Below are positions 1 through 12,456 of a stretch of DNA of 64,000 nt, in pieces. Location: contig NMRA01000046.1 in NCBI GenBank assembly GCA_002633005.1, positions 684,144-748,143 on the forward strand, read 5' to 3'. The notes under the pieces were generated by a model. It was not told the DNA's origin. It searched no databases and worked only from the letters and a program-made list of their open reading frames with translations. The position numbers and the translations under genes were made by a program. This DNA is from Phoronis australis (taxonomy: Eukaryota > Animalia > Phoronida). The first letter of the stretch is position 1, and every line of letters starts with the position of its first letter.

Positions 1-3000
1 GAGCTATCATGGATAAGTATAGTCTCTCCCGCGATATTCCAGGCGACCGGCAGTGGCGCTGCGCACTACGACTCCGTTTCCGTCGTCTGCTCTACTGTGC
101 AATGAAGAAAATTTACCTCATTTTTTTAAAAAAATGGAACCTGAGTGACGATGAAAAAACAGAAGCTGCTGGTAAGATGTGAATTTTAATCGAAGCCTTA
201 GTGAATCACTCAGAAACTCATAATTCTCTCTTTGTCAAACCTTAACTTAAGACGATTTCCAAAGCAATCCCGTCATTATTGCCAACACGAAAAACGGATT
301 TGGTCTTTTGGGCATTTGAAGACTATTTTAAATACGACAAATTTGTTAAGAATCGATGGCACAAAATATAAAACGTGTAATAAGCATTACAAAAAGAAGT
401 AGGTTTCGCACGCAAACGCTGTGGACCATAAACAAGTGGGTCTCTTAGTATGAGATTAGTAGTTAAATCGTGGTGGTGTAGTGGTAACGCACGCGCGCAC
501 TAATCGCGAGATCGTGAGTTGGAGTCTTTGATACTTGCAGTCTTCCCTGTTTGACACGTTCTCAGTTTTTTTATTTTTGCCTTTTTTCTTGAATAATACT
601 TCAGGAATCAAGGAAAATGCTTGATTTTTAGAGGTAAAAACATTCGGTGCTATGTGCATCTATAATCGTGGTTCAGTTTGCGCAAATTCTTACAGCCGGA
701 CAAAATGTTGTGATATCCTAGATCCGCCACTGCATAAGTCTATCCTCTAAGAGGTTTGGCGCCAATGAGCGAGCAGACGGCAAAAAATACTAACAGGTAG
801 CGCAAAATACGTCGAATACATCTGTGGAAAGATGTTGTCGTTTTCACAATAGAAATTTGTTTTTCAAAGGTCAAGAAAAAAAACAATGATACAGAGTCAA
901 AGATAAAAAATAAAATGCAGTGCTTGTGAGGACATAGCAGTAGTCAGGGACGCCCACAAAGTCATGGGCAGCCAGTGTCACATCTACAGGAAAACACCAA
1001 CAAAAGTTCACGAACATCATGCAAAGTCTAATAGGAGCTTAAACTATGGTCGCACACAATACAAAAATCACTACTAAGGAGCGCCAAAGATGTCAAACCC
1101 GTCCAAAATCAACGTGAGCCATGGTCTTCTCATCAGCAACACAATTAACCTGAAAAGCCTCCTCTATGAGAACAAAATGGTCACCAGGTGATACAATGGT
1201 CGAATCCGCCGGTGCCACTCGCTGCTTCCCTCCGTGCTTAGCCAGCACGTAGGTATCACCAAAAATGGCGGACTGTGAACAATTTTTAGCCTTGCCATGC
1301 AAGTGGCGTCGCAGCAAGTATTTCGTTGCTGCAGTGATGTTTAATAGCCGCGTGCTTGAAGCACATACATGTACAATAAACACATATCTGGTCGATTTAA
1401 CCGGTGTGTTATTTATACTGTATGAATACAGGACAGTAACGTAAACAAAAGTCATCGAAAGTAGAAAGATGCATTCCGAAAAGGCGCAACCACAATTTCT
1501 AGGATTCACATTTCCTGAACATAAATTTTAAGCGCCGATTTATCTGTGCAACAGACCTTATTTACACTTCAGTCCATCAGTCATGCCAGCATAGACTATA
1601 GAGTATCTATGATGACAGTTTGTTTGCGTAAAGCGCTGCCAGTCGAGAATTCGACTAGCCAATCAGAAACGCCGGTGTAAAAAATTCCCGAGGAAAATTA
1701 AGTGATACCTGCGTGCTGGCTACTGACCACCTAGCGGCAAGTAGGCAACCAGCGAGACGGTGCCGCCGCATTGTCCTGGAAGGTGGCACTGAACAGTTAG
1801 TCTGCGGTCCCGGCCGATTAAAATAGGCCAGGCTTGGGGGCATTTTTTAATTAGGTGTTGTGTGTAAGCCAAGTGAATGTAGCTTGTTTGTATTTGTGAA
1901 CATGTTGAGAATGAAAAAGACCACTTGCTCGGCTGTAGCTGCACTCTTCTTCAAGATGGTGGCCCAGCTGTAATTGTACATTGCTGGTTAGCAACTGATA
2001 AATTGGCCGCGATTTCAGGTAGCCCTCAAACAAGCCAGATTTGCAAAAAACTAGTTGGTTGACAGTACATTTGGACCGCATTTTTGGAATCGGCAGGAAA
2101 TTTGCTTATGGAATCTAATGTTGACTTTAGTCGAGCATCGGCAGCAGTGCGTGCACCCCGGCCAGCCTAAACTTCATAGGGGGGCTCGAATTTTTCGATT
2201 TGTGGGCCTTATACTGGAGGAAATCAACGAGGACTAAAAAAGGAGCCACTTTGTTCAGGCCCAGGAATTGTGCATCCGCGCCGACTTCCCGTGGATTTTG
2301 TGCACTTTTGTCTCGTTTACTCGGACTTCTTGTTTCACTGAGGACTTGGGTGAATTGGGGGGTTTGGTATCCTTTTAAATTCTAACCAGGTATAATGCCG
2401 AAAGGTCATTTGTCGCTAGAAATGTGGTTCTTAGTTTTTGGTCAGAATAAATATTTCGCTTTTACAAATAGTTCGCGACTTAAGTTTTTGCCTTGCAATG
2501 TAAAAACTGATGCAACTCCAAAAAGACACGAATTTTAGGAAAAGATAGAATTTTGCTGTAAACTAGAACTGTCTTGATTAGTATTTTTTCTATAGCTGCG
2601 CTGGTGTAATCCAACTCAGCATTAGCAAACAATGATGTGATTTGATGCTAAACTGCTAGTTAACTTTAATCATGGTTAATAGGCCTTGCGGCCTTACTTC
2701 AAGTTGATATAGTTGAATGTTGGTTAACAAGTTACATAGCGGTTCCCTAGAAAAAGATACTTGATTGATTCCAAATCCTCAAAGGGACAGACAGTCCTCT
2801 AGGAAATGTGTTCATATTAACTTTTCAAACAGTAATTTTGTTATGGTGCTAATTATTACTGTCTCCATGCGTTGAATTCACTCAGTGGAACATTATCATG
2901 CCGTTATCGATTGGTCTAATATATACTCCATGGGCAGTACTGAGTCGTCGCATCCAACACAAGATGTCTAATAAATATCGAAACACGCAGACTGCTGCCA

Positions 3001-3081
3001 CTACCGCATACTGATAAGCCGTGGCATGCGTACCAGAAACAAACCTGCTTATTTCGCAATCGCTTTCTATAGCGTTCAATA

Positions 3082-3283
3082 ATGGCTTGTGACGAACGAA
3101 TTCTAAAGATTTTGTCCTTGGTCGCAAGCGGAATTGCTATAGGAACGTTGATTCTTGCCATTGCAACCGACTTCTGGGTTGTGACGGAGGAGGTGAGAGA
3201 GATTACAAACAAGAATGCCAATGTAACAGAGAAAGCTCACGGTTTCTCGCAACAAGGTCTGTGGAGGATATGCTTCAGCTGTA
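3082..3283 (+). CDS. TARP-like gene 1, exon 1 (TM1, GLWRIC)
   Basis: ATG at 3082, MACDERILKILSLVASGIAIGTLILAIATDFW...GLWRICFSC; donor gtaagt at 3284 (second in-phase donor gtgagg at 3296). Confidence 0.85.
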
Positions 3284-6200
3284 GTAAGTATGGCGGTGAG
3301 GTGCTATCAAAACACTTCACCACTTTATTTGGTCGAGTGGCAATAATTGTATACAAAATTGTGAAAAGTAAACATCAAATCGTCAATTTAGCCTACAGCT
3401 AAAAACGTCCTTGCAAAAGTTAAACGCGGATGTTACGAAACTTCACTTTTTCCGTTATGGCCTTATCTGGAAGCTACTTGGAATAATCATTTATTAATGA
3501 TAATTTTATTGAATTATATAACCAATTCTCTGCGTATAGTCTGCTCATCGTATCACATATCGAGTGCTGTTGATATTATACTTATCCTTCCTTGAACAAC
3601 AATTATGTTGTTGCATGACGATACAGACGTCCTTGCATTCTTGAACACGCAATGACCACTTGTCTACTGAGAATGGGTAAAAACTTGTATCTCGCAAAAT
3701 TAACGACTTGTCCTCAAAAATGTCCTTACAAGGTTGTGGTGGCAAGACGTCTTATCATGAGTAAATATGCTGCTGTACTACGTATCAAGATTCTCTTTTT
3801 ATAGACATGAATCATTACAATCCGGTGGAAATGGATTTTTTTCTGAGGGATGCTTCCTCCTGGCTGAAGAAGTAATGGGGGCAGCGGACACGCGTCTGCC
3901 ATCGTCTTCACCCCAACTAAACTCACATGTCAAACTTTTAGATACCATTCAAATATTTATTTAAAAATGCACTACGGAGGATGACTGAGTTGACGGTTTG
4001 ATACCCCATTTACAAACTGGCTATAACGCTAACGTTTTTTCTAGCACTTTCGCTAGTAGGAAAAACACCAGTCATGTGAACTACGAGTGTCATTAATCTG
4101 CCTTCGCTTTTCTGGCGTTTTCGGCTCAAAAACCCGCTTACTCCAAAGGACTTCCACGAGGAGGGGTAAGAGGCCATTCTTCTATTGTCACATAATCGAG
4201 TCGAGAGGCCTTTCTTTATGGACGCATAATCAATTAATGGCAGGGACTATGAACGTGTTTTGAAGTCAATTTTCACTTAAAGTGGAACCTGCACGGTAAT
4301 TCCTTATCTCTGTGATTGGTCAAATCAGTTAGAAACAAAACATATAGCGACGATGTGAATATGAAGTAGGTTGAAAATTGCGAAATGTTTTTAAGAACGA
4401 GTTTTGTGTCGAAATTCAAGCGTGTCCCATAAGTATGTGACGTGGTGTTGGGTAATAATACTCCATGGTGCGGGCTATGTGAGCCCTCAAGAAATAGGGC
4501 CATCCAATCAGAAACAATAGGTCAAAGGTCATTGAGTGAAAACTAAGATTTTAAGCTAGACACTTCAAATTTATACATCTGTTTAGTAAATGCGATTGAG
4601 TTTGAATTCTAAAGTCTCAGGTCATTTGGTGCAACCATGCGGTCATTAGGTGCATTTTTCTTCTGAAATTTTAACCAATTCATTCATCTTGTATTCTAAA
4701 GTACTTAAAGTAAAACATATGTGATTCTTAGCACTAACCACACTTTTCATCGAGTTAACATTTAGTGCAAAGGTCACCTATAAGCAGAATTTTTTGTTTT
4801 CACATTTGCAAGTTGTCAATGTATACGTAGTTTAGCGTAGATGATGTTCAAGTAGCATTGTCGTTTAGTTCCTGCTGTACATTAGCATAGTTAGGAGCAT
4901 GCAAATACATCTTTAAAATAAAGCGACTTGGGTGGGGAGGAAACAAACTAACAGTTGACAGGGCTCGACATTAACGGTAGTCCGATTGCCCGGGACAACC
5001 AATTTGTTGGTCCGGACAAGCTCACGGCCGAGCAACTTGTCCGACAGTGAAGTTTTGGAAACTATAGTAAATCTGAACGATTAGAACGTCTTTGCAGCAG
5101 TGATAACTCACTTGTTTAGTCATCAGTGTCGGTAAGATGTGGCGCAAATCGCCAAGGTGTTCAACTTGACGAAAATGACCTCTTCGAGGACAGCTCGTCT
5201 GTCTGGCTAGCGTTTTCGTTAGCGTTTTAACCAATGAAACTGCAAGCCTTTTCACCACATTAATTTTGTTCAGGACTGAGTTAACAAAACCCTACAGCTC
5301 CTGTCCTTGAAATGTTCCCACCAGACAGAACGGAATTCATATCAACTGACTAAGCGCAATATTTGTTAGAATCACTAATGAATAACGTCTTGTTGTCCCA
5401 CTGGGAAATGCGTGAACGAAACTATAGCATTAAGAGTATGCACAAGAGAACACTACTACAGCTTGTCCACTTTGACTACGCGATAAACGATTCCCACTGC
5501 CCTTAGATGTTATGCTTTATAAACTTGACAAAAAGTCGATCGACATCGACGTTCATTTAAGGATGCTCAAAGTGTGATAGGTCGAACGTTTTGGTTCTTT
5601 TAGTGTTTGTTAGCCTTCATAGCTTCAAACAAGTTACTTCGGTCATCCACAGATTTTGATTGGAATTTTAAAAAATCTCTTAGGACTGAACACTCAAGTT
5701 AAGAATCGTATAATAACGCGTTGTCGTTTTATCATCTATAAAAATCCTTTTAAAGTGACGCAGTTTGGGGCCGATGAAGCATGAATAAATTGGGCAAAAG
5801 TTGAACAGAATTGCACAATTTTAACAGTTGTTCGCAGCTTTTATCAAAAATACTTTAATATCCCTACGTGAACGTCTTTTTCTTTTGCTTTTATTTTCGC
5901 ACAAATCTGCGAGGCCAGAGACCCTATTCTTCTCTGCCGAGACTATTCAAAATTTTTGAGACTCCGTCAGTGAGGAATCAAGCTGGAGACATGAGCTGTT
6001 CAAAAACAATTTCAGGTTTACGTTAAAATAAAGGAAAAATAAGCATGAATGTCGAGTTATTTCTGGAAGACGAGAAAGGAATGCGAACCCATCCGGTTGC
6101 CAAACAGATGAAGATCGACATTTATGGAAATGTTCAATATCGCACGGCTGTTCAGTACTCGATTTCGTTCCCAATGCTTATTCTCGAGAGTTTACTCGTC

Positions 6201-8423
6201 CAGTGTGCTTCGGCTCTCCTTCTCTTTTTTTCTCATACACTCAGGAGATTAGCTCGCGGATTTCACACTGACATTGATCTCCAATGTACACTGGTCATTT
6301 TCACGGCGCATGGCAACGAAACAGCTGATGAGGTCAACGCCTCGATTTTAATTAACTTTGAAAGCCTTCACTTATGATTCTGGCCAACACTAATAACTTC
6401 AAGAAGTCAGACCTCCCGAAAACAACCGACAAAATAGGGCCTACGTGTTTTGGCCATGAGACCTAATGGCTTCCATTTAAATGATCGCGCATCGACAACT
6501 GACGTCACATGTTCATCTCTGGAAAATGTGCGAGGCTAGCGTCATGTTCACAAATGTCTACAAAAATATCGTCCCTTTTCTCAAAGTGAACTGGTTTATT
6601 CATAAATGTAATTCTCAACTCTTCCTTGTTACACAAGACATTCAATCCATTCGTATCGATCATTAGATTTTTCTAAGTATGTTTCGGCTGCACATGCAAA
6701 TGAAGAGAGTAACAGACAAGGCATTGATCTCTTTCAGAGGAAGTGAATTTGGCACGAACGTGTTACTACATCAACAAACTCAGTCCAGAGAATGAAACTT
6801 TAGCACAACAGTACGACAAAGATTTCGAGACTGTTGAAATTTCAATTTCTCTAGCAAGTAAGTATTCTCTGTTTTGACCATGATTGTTCTGAATAATGGT
6901 GTTTTAAAAGTGTTATAATTTTAAGAATATGCACGCACTCATTATCCAGGCCAATGCGCCTATATCCGGAATATGCCAATGAGAAACCAAGGAGAACTAG
7001 CCATGCGAATGAATATTGACTTATTCGTTACATTGGTAAAGGTTGACTGATATTCAATTTAGGACTAGTATTTGAATGGCCAAAATTACCTCAGGAAAAA
7101 CTCAGACATGGTAATGTTGAAGAATAGTCGTCTGCGCCTGCAAGTGAACTTGAAACTCTTAAGCATGTACGTTTTCATCAGTGTCACAGTCGGTAGACAT
7201 AACTCCTCGATATTTTTTCACACCAACAAAAATGACCATTCTTAGGTTTACATTATAACTGATTACATTGTCGTTTTAGAACGAATTTACAATGCTTCAG
7301 TCTTGGTAGTCAGTGGTTTCTCCGTGCTTGTTATTGCTGCAGCAGTAAGTACCATAGGAAACTTCAAGGAAGACTTCCGAACGTTAATAGGTGGCGTGCT
7401 GTTCGTTGTCTCAGGTGAATGTTTTCTTTTGTAGTGTCATATCACAATGTAAATCAGTGGCGGATTTAAGGGGGGGGGGGAAGGGGGACGTGGCCCCCCT
7501 AAAATTCTCTTAGATTCCATTTGGCAGTACGGGGGTACGAATGTCTGACGGGCAAAATCCTGGCTAATACTCTGCCCTGACCCCCCCCCCCCAACTCAAA
7601 ATCCCTGTAAATACATCTCGTTTCAATACTAATATTAAAATAGAGAGTAATTGTCCTGATCTTTCAGTGTAGCGCATAAGACGTGCGCAAAACCACAACG
7701 ACGTAACCTTGCTGATAAAACACCTCATAACACTTACAAAACTACAGCCTTCGAGGTCATCAATTTTCCGCTAAACAGTCTATACATCAAAGAGGTTTTA
7801 GAATCTGTCACTTCCTTTCAAGAATGAGTTGGTTTTTTTACCTTTTCGTTTGCTACTTTGCGAGTGATCGTGTGAGTGTTCCATATAGGTGCTTGATTCT
7901 CACCGCACACATTTAGTACATGGCAAGCACTGAGTGCGGCTGGACGCAAGTACCACCACTCACGACTAGTCTCTGCATCTCTGCATTTGCCCAGTTATGT
8001 ATCTGAGTCCTGCTAAAAACATTTATTTTTTATTTTTTTACAGGACTGACGCTTATAATGGCTTTAATAACCTACATTAGCGGTGTAAACGACGAAGTTC
8101 ATCATCACCCGCCGCCAAATGAAGACGACAAGGATGGTGTCGGTTTTTTACCAGCCTACAATGCGTCATTCTACATAGCTGGAATATCTTTCTTTTGTAC
8201 AAAAATAGCCGCCGTTGTTTGTATCTCCCTCTACTTTAAGCGTCACAGAAAGCAAGGAAACTTAGAGAAGATAATTCCTGGCCTGTACAAACTGGAAGAA
8301 AAGACTAAAAGTGACAACAACGGATCTGTGAAAACCAATAGTGCCGAAAACACTCCAGAGGCGCCGCTGCCATCACCACCTCATGTAGTTGTTGGGAGGG
8401 CTTCACCGACTGTAATTTATTAA
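3082..8423 (+). CDS. TARP/stargazin-like (voltage-dependent calcium channel gamma subunit-like, PMP22/claudin superfamily) protein, divergent paralog; 4 exons, ~278 aa
   Basis: Exons 3082-3283 (alternative end 3295), 6738-6857, 7280-7414, 8044-8423 join in frame through phase-1 GT-AG introns (837 nt). Four hydrophobic TM segments, TM1-'ATDFW', claudin signature 'GLWRIC...C', 'GGVLFVVSGL', 'SFY'. Same intron positions as the TARP at 45054. Confidence 0.9.
5750..6480. mobile_element. Dispersed repeat, TTAA-bounded (Kolobok-like non-autonomous), diverged copy at ~25317-26165
   Basis: atgaagcatgaataaattgggcaaaagttgaacagaattgcacaatttt matches atgaagcataaataaagtcgacaaaattgaacaaaattacacaatttt; cagctgatgaggtcaacgcctcgattt matches cagctgacgaagtcactgtctcgattt. 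Confidence 0.55.
6738..6857 (+). CDS. TARP-like gene 1, exon 2 (extracellular loop 1)
   Basis: ctttcag acceptor, 120 nt open, EVNLARTCYYINKLSPENETLAQQYDKDFETVEISISLA with the second conserved Cys, gtaagt donor. Confidence 0.8.
7280..7414 (+). CDS. TARP-like gene 1, exon 3 (TM2-TM3)
   Basis: ttttag acceptor, 135 nt, RIYNASVLVVSGFSVLVIAAAVSTIGNFKEDFRTLIGGVLFVVSG, gtgaat donor. Confidence 0.85.
7455..7607. mobile_element. MITE, CAGTGGCGGAT-type, 5-bp TSD (taaat)
   Basis: taaat|cagtggcggattta...aaaatccctg|taaat; G/C homopolymer runs; right TIR partly deleted. Confidence 0.7.
8044..8423 (+). CDS. TARP-like gene 1, exon 4 (TM3 end, TM4, C-tail)
   Basis: Long T-rich acceptor ...tttacag; LTLIMALITYISGVNDEV...SFYIAGISFFCTKIAAVVCISLYFKRH...SPTVIY*. 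Confidence 0.88.
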
Positions 8424-8474
8424 TAATGAGATGTATTGACTCATTAAATGTGTGTTCGCATACCACCTTTTTGA

Positions 8475-9027
8475 GCTTAAATAAAAAGGGAGGTTATTTG
8501 GGCCACAGTTAAATATACTTTAATGATCCATCTACCTATTAGATCGTTTTTAGATATTTGTTATACTTTTCCCCTTCATTTTATTGTTGTAGAGTACCAC
8601 ATCACGATCTAGAACAATATAAGGCCTTTTGCCCTTTTCATTCGCTTGCTGGTGACTCTGCCTCCTCACTGGTTGATGATTATACCCGTTAAATTTTACA
8701 GCCATTCCGTATTCATTGTTGGTGAAATTAACTGTATTCTCGTGTTGACTTGTTCGGAAGGCAATGGTGTTATCTCAATAACTCTGTTGCACACCTTTCC
8801 TAAAATGATATAATCGGCACCAATGAACAGAATCACAAGTTGTACCACCATGTTCTCAAGCTCACTTACATCCGGGGCATTAATTTTAGAGTTCAAGCAT
8901 AATGTCCAACACACGAGTACTCTGGTAATAGTTACAACCAAAAACTCATAGATTAGCTGTTACAGGTAGATGGATCATTAAAAGTATATTTAACTGTGGC
9001 CCAAATAACCTCCCTTTTTATTTAAGC
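8475..9027. repeat. Near-perfect 63/64-bp inverted repeat, ~426-bp spacer, just 3' of TARP-like gene 1
   Basis: 8475-8537 is the reverse complement of 8964-9027 except for a 1-nt indel. Confidence 0.9.
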
Positions 9028-11849
9028 CAGTGAATATATACGACTCTGAGTTCGACTGACTTTCACCTGACCAAGATTTGTAATCAGCTGCAATTTTATT
9101 ATGTTTATACTTATATTCTGTGAAATCATATTGTACTTATTTAGAACACTATAAATACAAGTTTTGAATAATGAAATCCTGCTTTATGTTTCTTTAGTGC
9201 CGTGCCATTTGTTTGCTCCACATTTTTAACAGGTCTCACAAATGTTCAAATATTGAAGCCTGAACAGATTCCTTGAAGATAATATGTGTTCTTTCAACAT
9301 CGACTCCTCCGAGGGTTGTAAACGCAGGTGTATTTTAATGACCCTCCACAACTGGAGTTCACTTTCAGTTCCTGTGAAGGAAAACAACTCATTCACAAGT
9401 ATAAAAAACAATTTTCACAACTCATTAGCTCTAACACAATTTTCGTGCTCCGCGAAAACGAAATATCATTCTACAAATCGAGATGCGGTTCTTTCCTTAA
9501 CATCGACAAGTTTAGGCACAGCTTAAATAACGTATCTTCAAATTGTAAATGAGGTGGCCATCAATCTTATCATCATATTTTCTTCAAATGTAACCTCATC
9601 GAATGCCAGAGAAACTAATTCTTTCGTGCTCCCAATGGAAACCAATTAATTCAAAATGCTCTCAATTCTTCTAATAATATTTCTACTAAAGTTACATTAT
9701 TATTAAATGGTAGTCGAAACTTCGACCTTTTTCTCAATGAATTCCTCTAAGTAGTGCTAGCAAATTTTTATGTATTGTTTAAATCCTGTTGTTTCTGATT
9801 TCCATATCATTACAATCCCTTTTTTCTTTCCTTTAATATTTTTGTAGTACCATATCTGACTAATAGAATACGTATGTTAAATATTACGTTCATAGTTCTA
9901 TGTATACTACTTTCATCTACGTACTGTCTACAAGTCAGATATAATGATTTCTGGGTTTGTCATTATTTTCCTTGTATGTTCTGAGAATTATTGAATAAAT
10001 ATATATCACTGGAAAAGATAATTTTTAAATTTTATGTAGGTGTGTGTAGTTTGGTCCTTAGCATACTGATAAATGAAATATTGTTGATATACACTTGACC
10101 TTCTCAAAGTGATATCCAAAATATGCTGTCAATATCACATCATTGTCTTAGTTTAAATTATGTTGTGCATCTATGTCGGTTATTAACCTCAGAAAGTCAT
10201 GCCACAATGCTTTAACAAATTTACACTCAGCAAAAATGTGGTCAAAGGTTTCTACAGCTCCCTAAGATGTACACGTTTCCGTGCTAACTATTCTCATTTT
10301 TTGAATAAATTTGGTAAAAACCATTGAACTGATATAATAGTAATAAAATGTTCTCACATAAGGATGTAATAACAGTTTATACAGAACATAGATTTGCTGT
10401 CCGGAATAACAATCAATCAAAATGTATTGTACATCACAAGGCGAGCATATTTCACATGCGTAAATTATGAACGTATATTTACAAGCGTAATTTTATGGGT
10501 GAACGACTTTTTCAGAGCTTACATGACCTGTAACCGGATCTCTTTTATTGGATGTAACGATTACGCTCCTAAAACTCGTGCGTGAAAACCGTCAGTAACT
10601 TTTAGCGTAATGTACGGGCGACACTCCCCTCCCCCCTCAGCGGCCGCTCTGCTCCCGATGGTGCAGTTTTCTGGAAGACAATATGGAGTGTTCCATTGTG
10701 GCATTTTCATCCGGTCTTACTGCATACTGTTCACAAAGATTACTATCGTCCTGTTTACTATTACTATTATAAAGCTTCTCCTGCAAGAGGATTCTTTTTT
10801 TGCATACAATTTACCTTCCATAAACTAAAAACGAGTTATAAGGATATTTATTGCAGGCGGCGGTGTTGTCTCCCGGTGTTGTCTTCACCCCGTTGTTGTT
10901 TTCCCCGGTGTGACAAAGACTAGAGAAAATCTATAATACGCTGATTTTTTCTTGCTGTTAACTTCTCAATTCATTGGTGTGTAGGTAGGTGTATAGCCAC
11001 CAGATGGTGAGGCCGTCGTGTCCAGGAGATGGCTCGCCAAAATTGCATCATGTCAAAATTGACGACATTTCGTGAGTCGCTAAAGAAAGATTTTTCATAT
11101 TTACACGTAGTGGAAGTATCAGAAAGAAAGGACAGTTGGCAAAAGCATTAATGATTTCTTGATATTACTTTTGATGGCCGAGCTTACAAGATAATGTCTT
11201 GCTTTTTTGTTTTAACAAGTTCCCATATAGTAACATATGCAGATAAGGTCTAATCAGATTTCAGCGAGATAAGACGAAGTAAATGGGTCCGTGTACATGA
11301 AACAACGGAGATAATAAAATCTCCCCGATATGACAAAGAGGGGGTACTCTAACGAGGAAATGTTGTATGGCAGATACATGAGCGGCGCAGCCCTGAAATA
11401 AGTGGGGGTGCAATAGTCAGGCGGGGGCGGTTCAAATTTCTAGAACAGTGGGCCTTCGACATTTTGCAAACGTCGACACTGTAGTGTTTTCGGTAAGGCC
11501 TTTGACGCAGCTTAATTAGGGGGAAGGAAAATCTGTATATACAAGGATGACTCTCAGCTCTGTGTTCCTGAGATGAGACGGAATTTGTAATAAGAAAAAT
11601 GAGAATGTTGTGACGGTTCTCGCAAAGAACGGGACTCAAATTCCGATGTAATGTGGTCCAGAAAGAGAACGTTCTCGCATTACCTCCTGCCAAAATTTGA
11701 AATCAGGCATGCTTAAATGAGTGATTACACCTCATTACATGCTCGGACGAAAGTATGAAGTTTAGTTGGAGAACTGAGGACTTGGTGGTATTTTTGCGTG
11801 TTACTTAAGTTGCTTACATCGCCGGAAATGGGAACAGCCCACTATTTGG

Positions 11850-12456
11850 AAGGTTCACTACTCCGATGGCTCACTATTCCGAAGGTTCACAGCTCCGTAA
11901 ATATCTAAACCGTCAGACTCAGGTTTAATTTTCATACTTTTACATGCAAACACAAACGATACTTCGATTATTAGATGCACTGAGTAATGTTCTTATACCG
12001 AAAACAGCGCCCGGATACTAAAGCACTTTGTTTGGATTTCATGCGCATGCGAAATTAGCCCGCATGTCTTAGTATGGAAAAATGAGTACATGAATTAGAA
12101 ATATCGGTGAATTATCAACCACGATACATTCATCAAATCTATGTCAAGATCGCATCACAACGTGACTGAAAAGTTTAGGGCCGCTGCGCCTCAACCTCAC
12201 CCAAGGAACCACGGCCAAGGTCGGGCCGAAACTAAATGGTCACCCTGTCCCTGCCATTCTTCACGAAGTCAGGGAGTCACATTTAGTCATCTTAAATTAA
12301 AAACCGCCGTTGGTCGCCGCAGCCCTGACCCGTGCCCCAGATGTTTTCCATGCTTGAGAATGAGTCGTGAGCAGACAATCAGAGTAAAGAACTGTCGGAG
12401 TTCTGGTTTAGAATTGTGGAAATTCGAAGTAGTGAATTTTCGGAGTAGTGAACCTT
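11850..12456. mobile_element. MITE with AAGGTTCACTACTCCGA TIRs and ~16-bp subterminal repeats
   Basis: aaggttcactactccga (plus degenerate tandem copies) ... tcggagtagtgaacctt. Confidence 0.72.

Noticed and set aside
51-732. Single CAGTGGCG...CCGCCACTG MITE
   Set aside because: Flanks (accgg vs cataa) give no TSD and the left end diverges after 8 nt; the ends may belong to different elements
1093-1509. 138-aa minus-strand ORF
   Set aside because: No recognisable motif or splice context; lies among repeat-like sequence
9226-9700. Minus-strand stretch with coding-like, leucine-rich translation
   Set aside because: At least five in-frame stops and no recognisable domain; cannot support a pseudogene call without a database search
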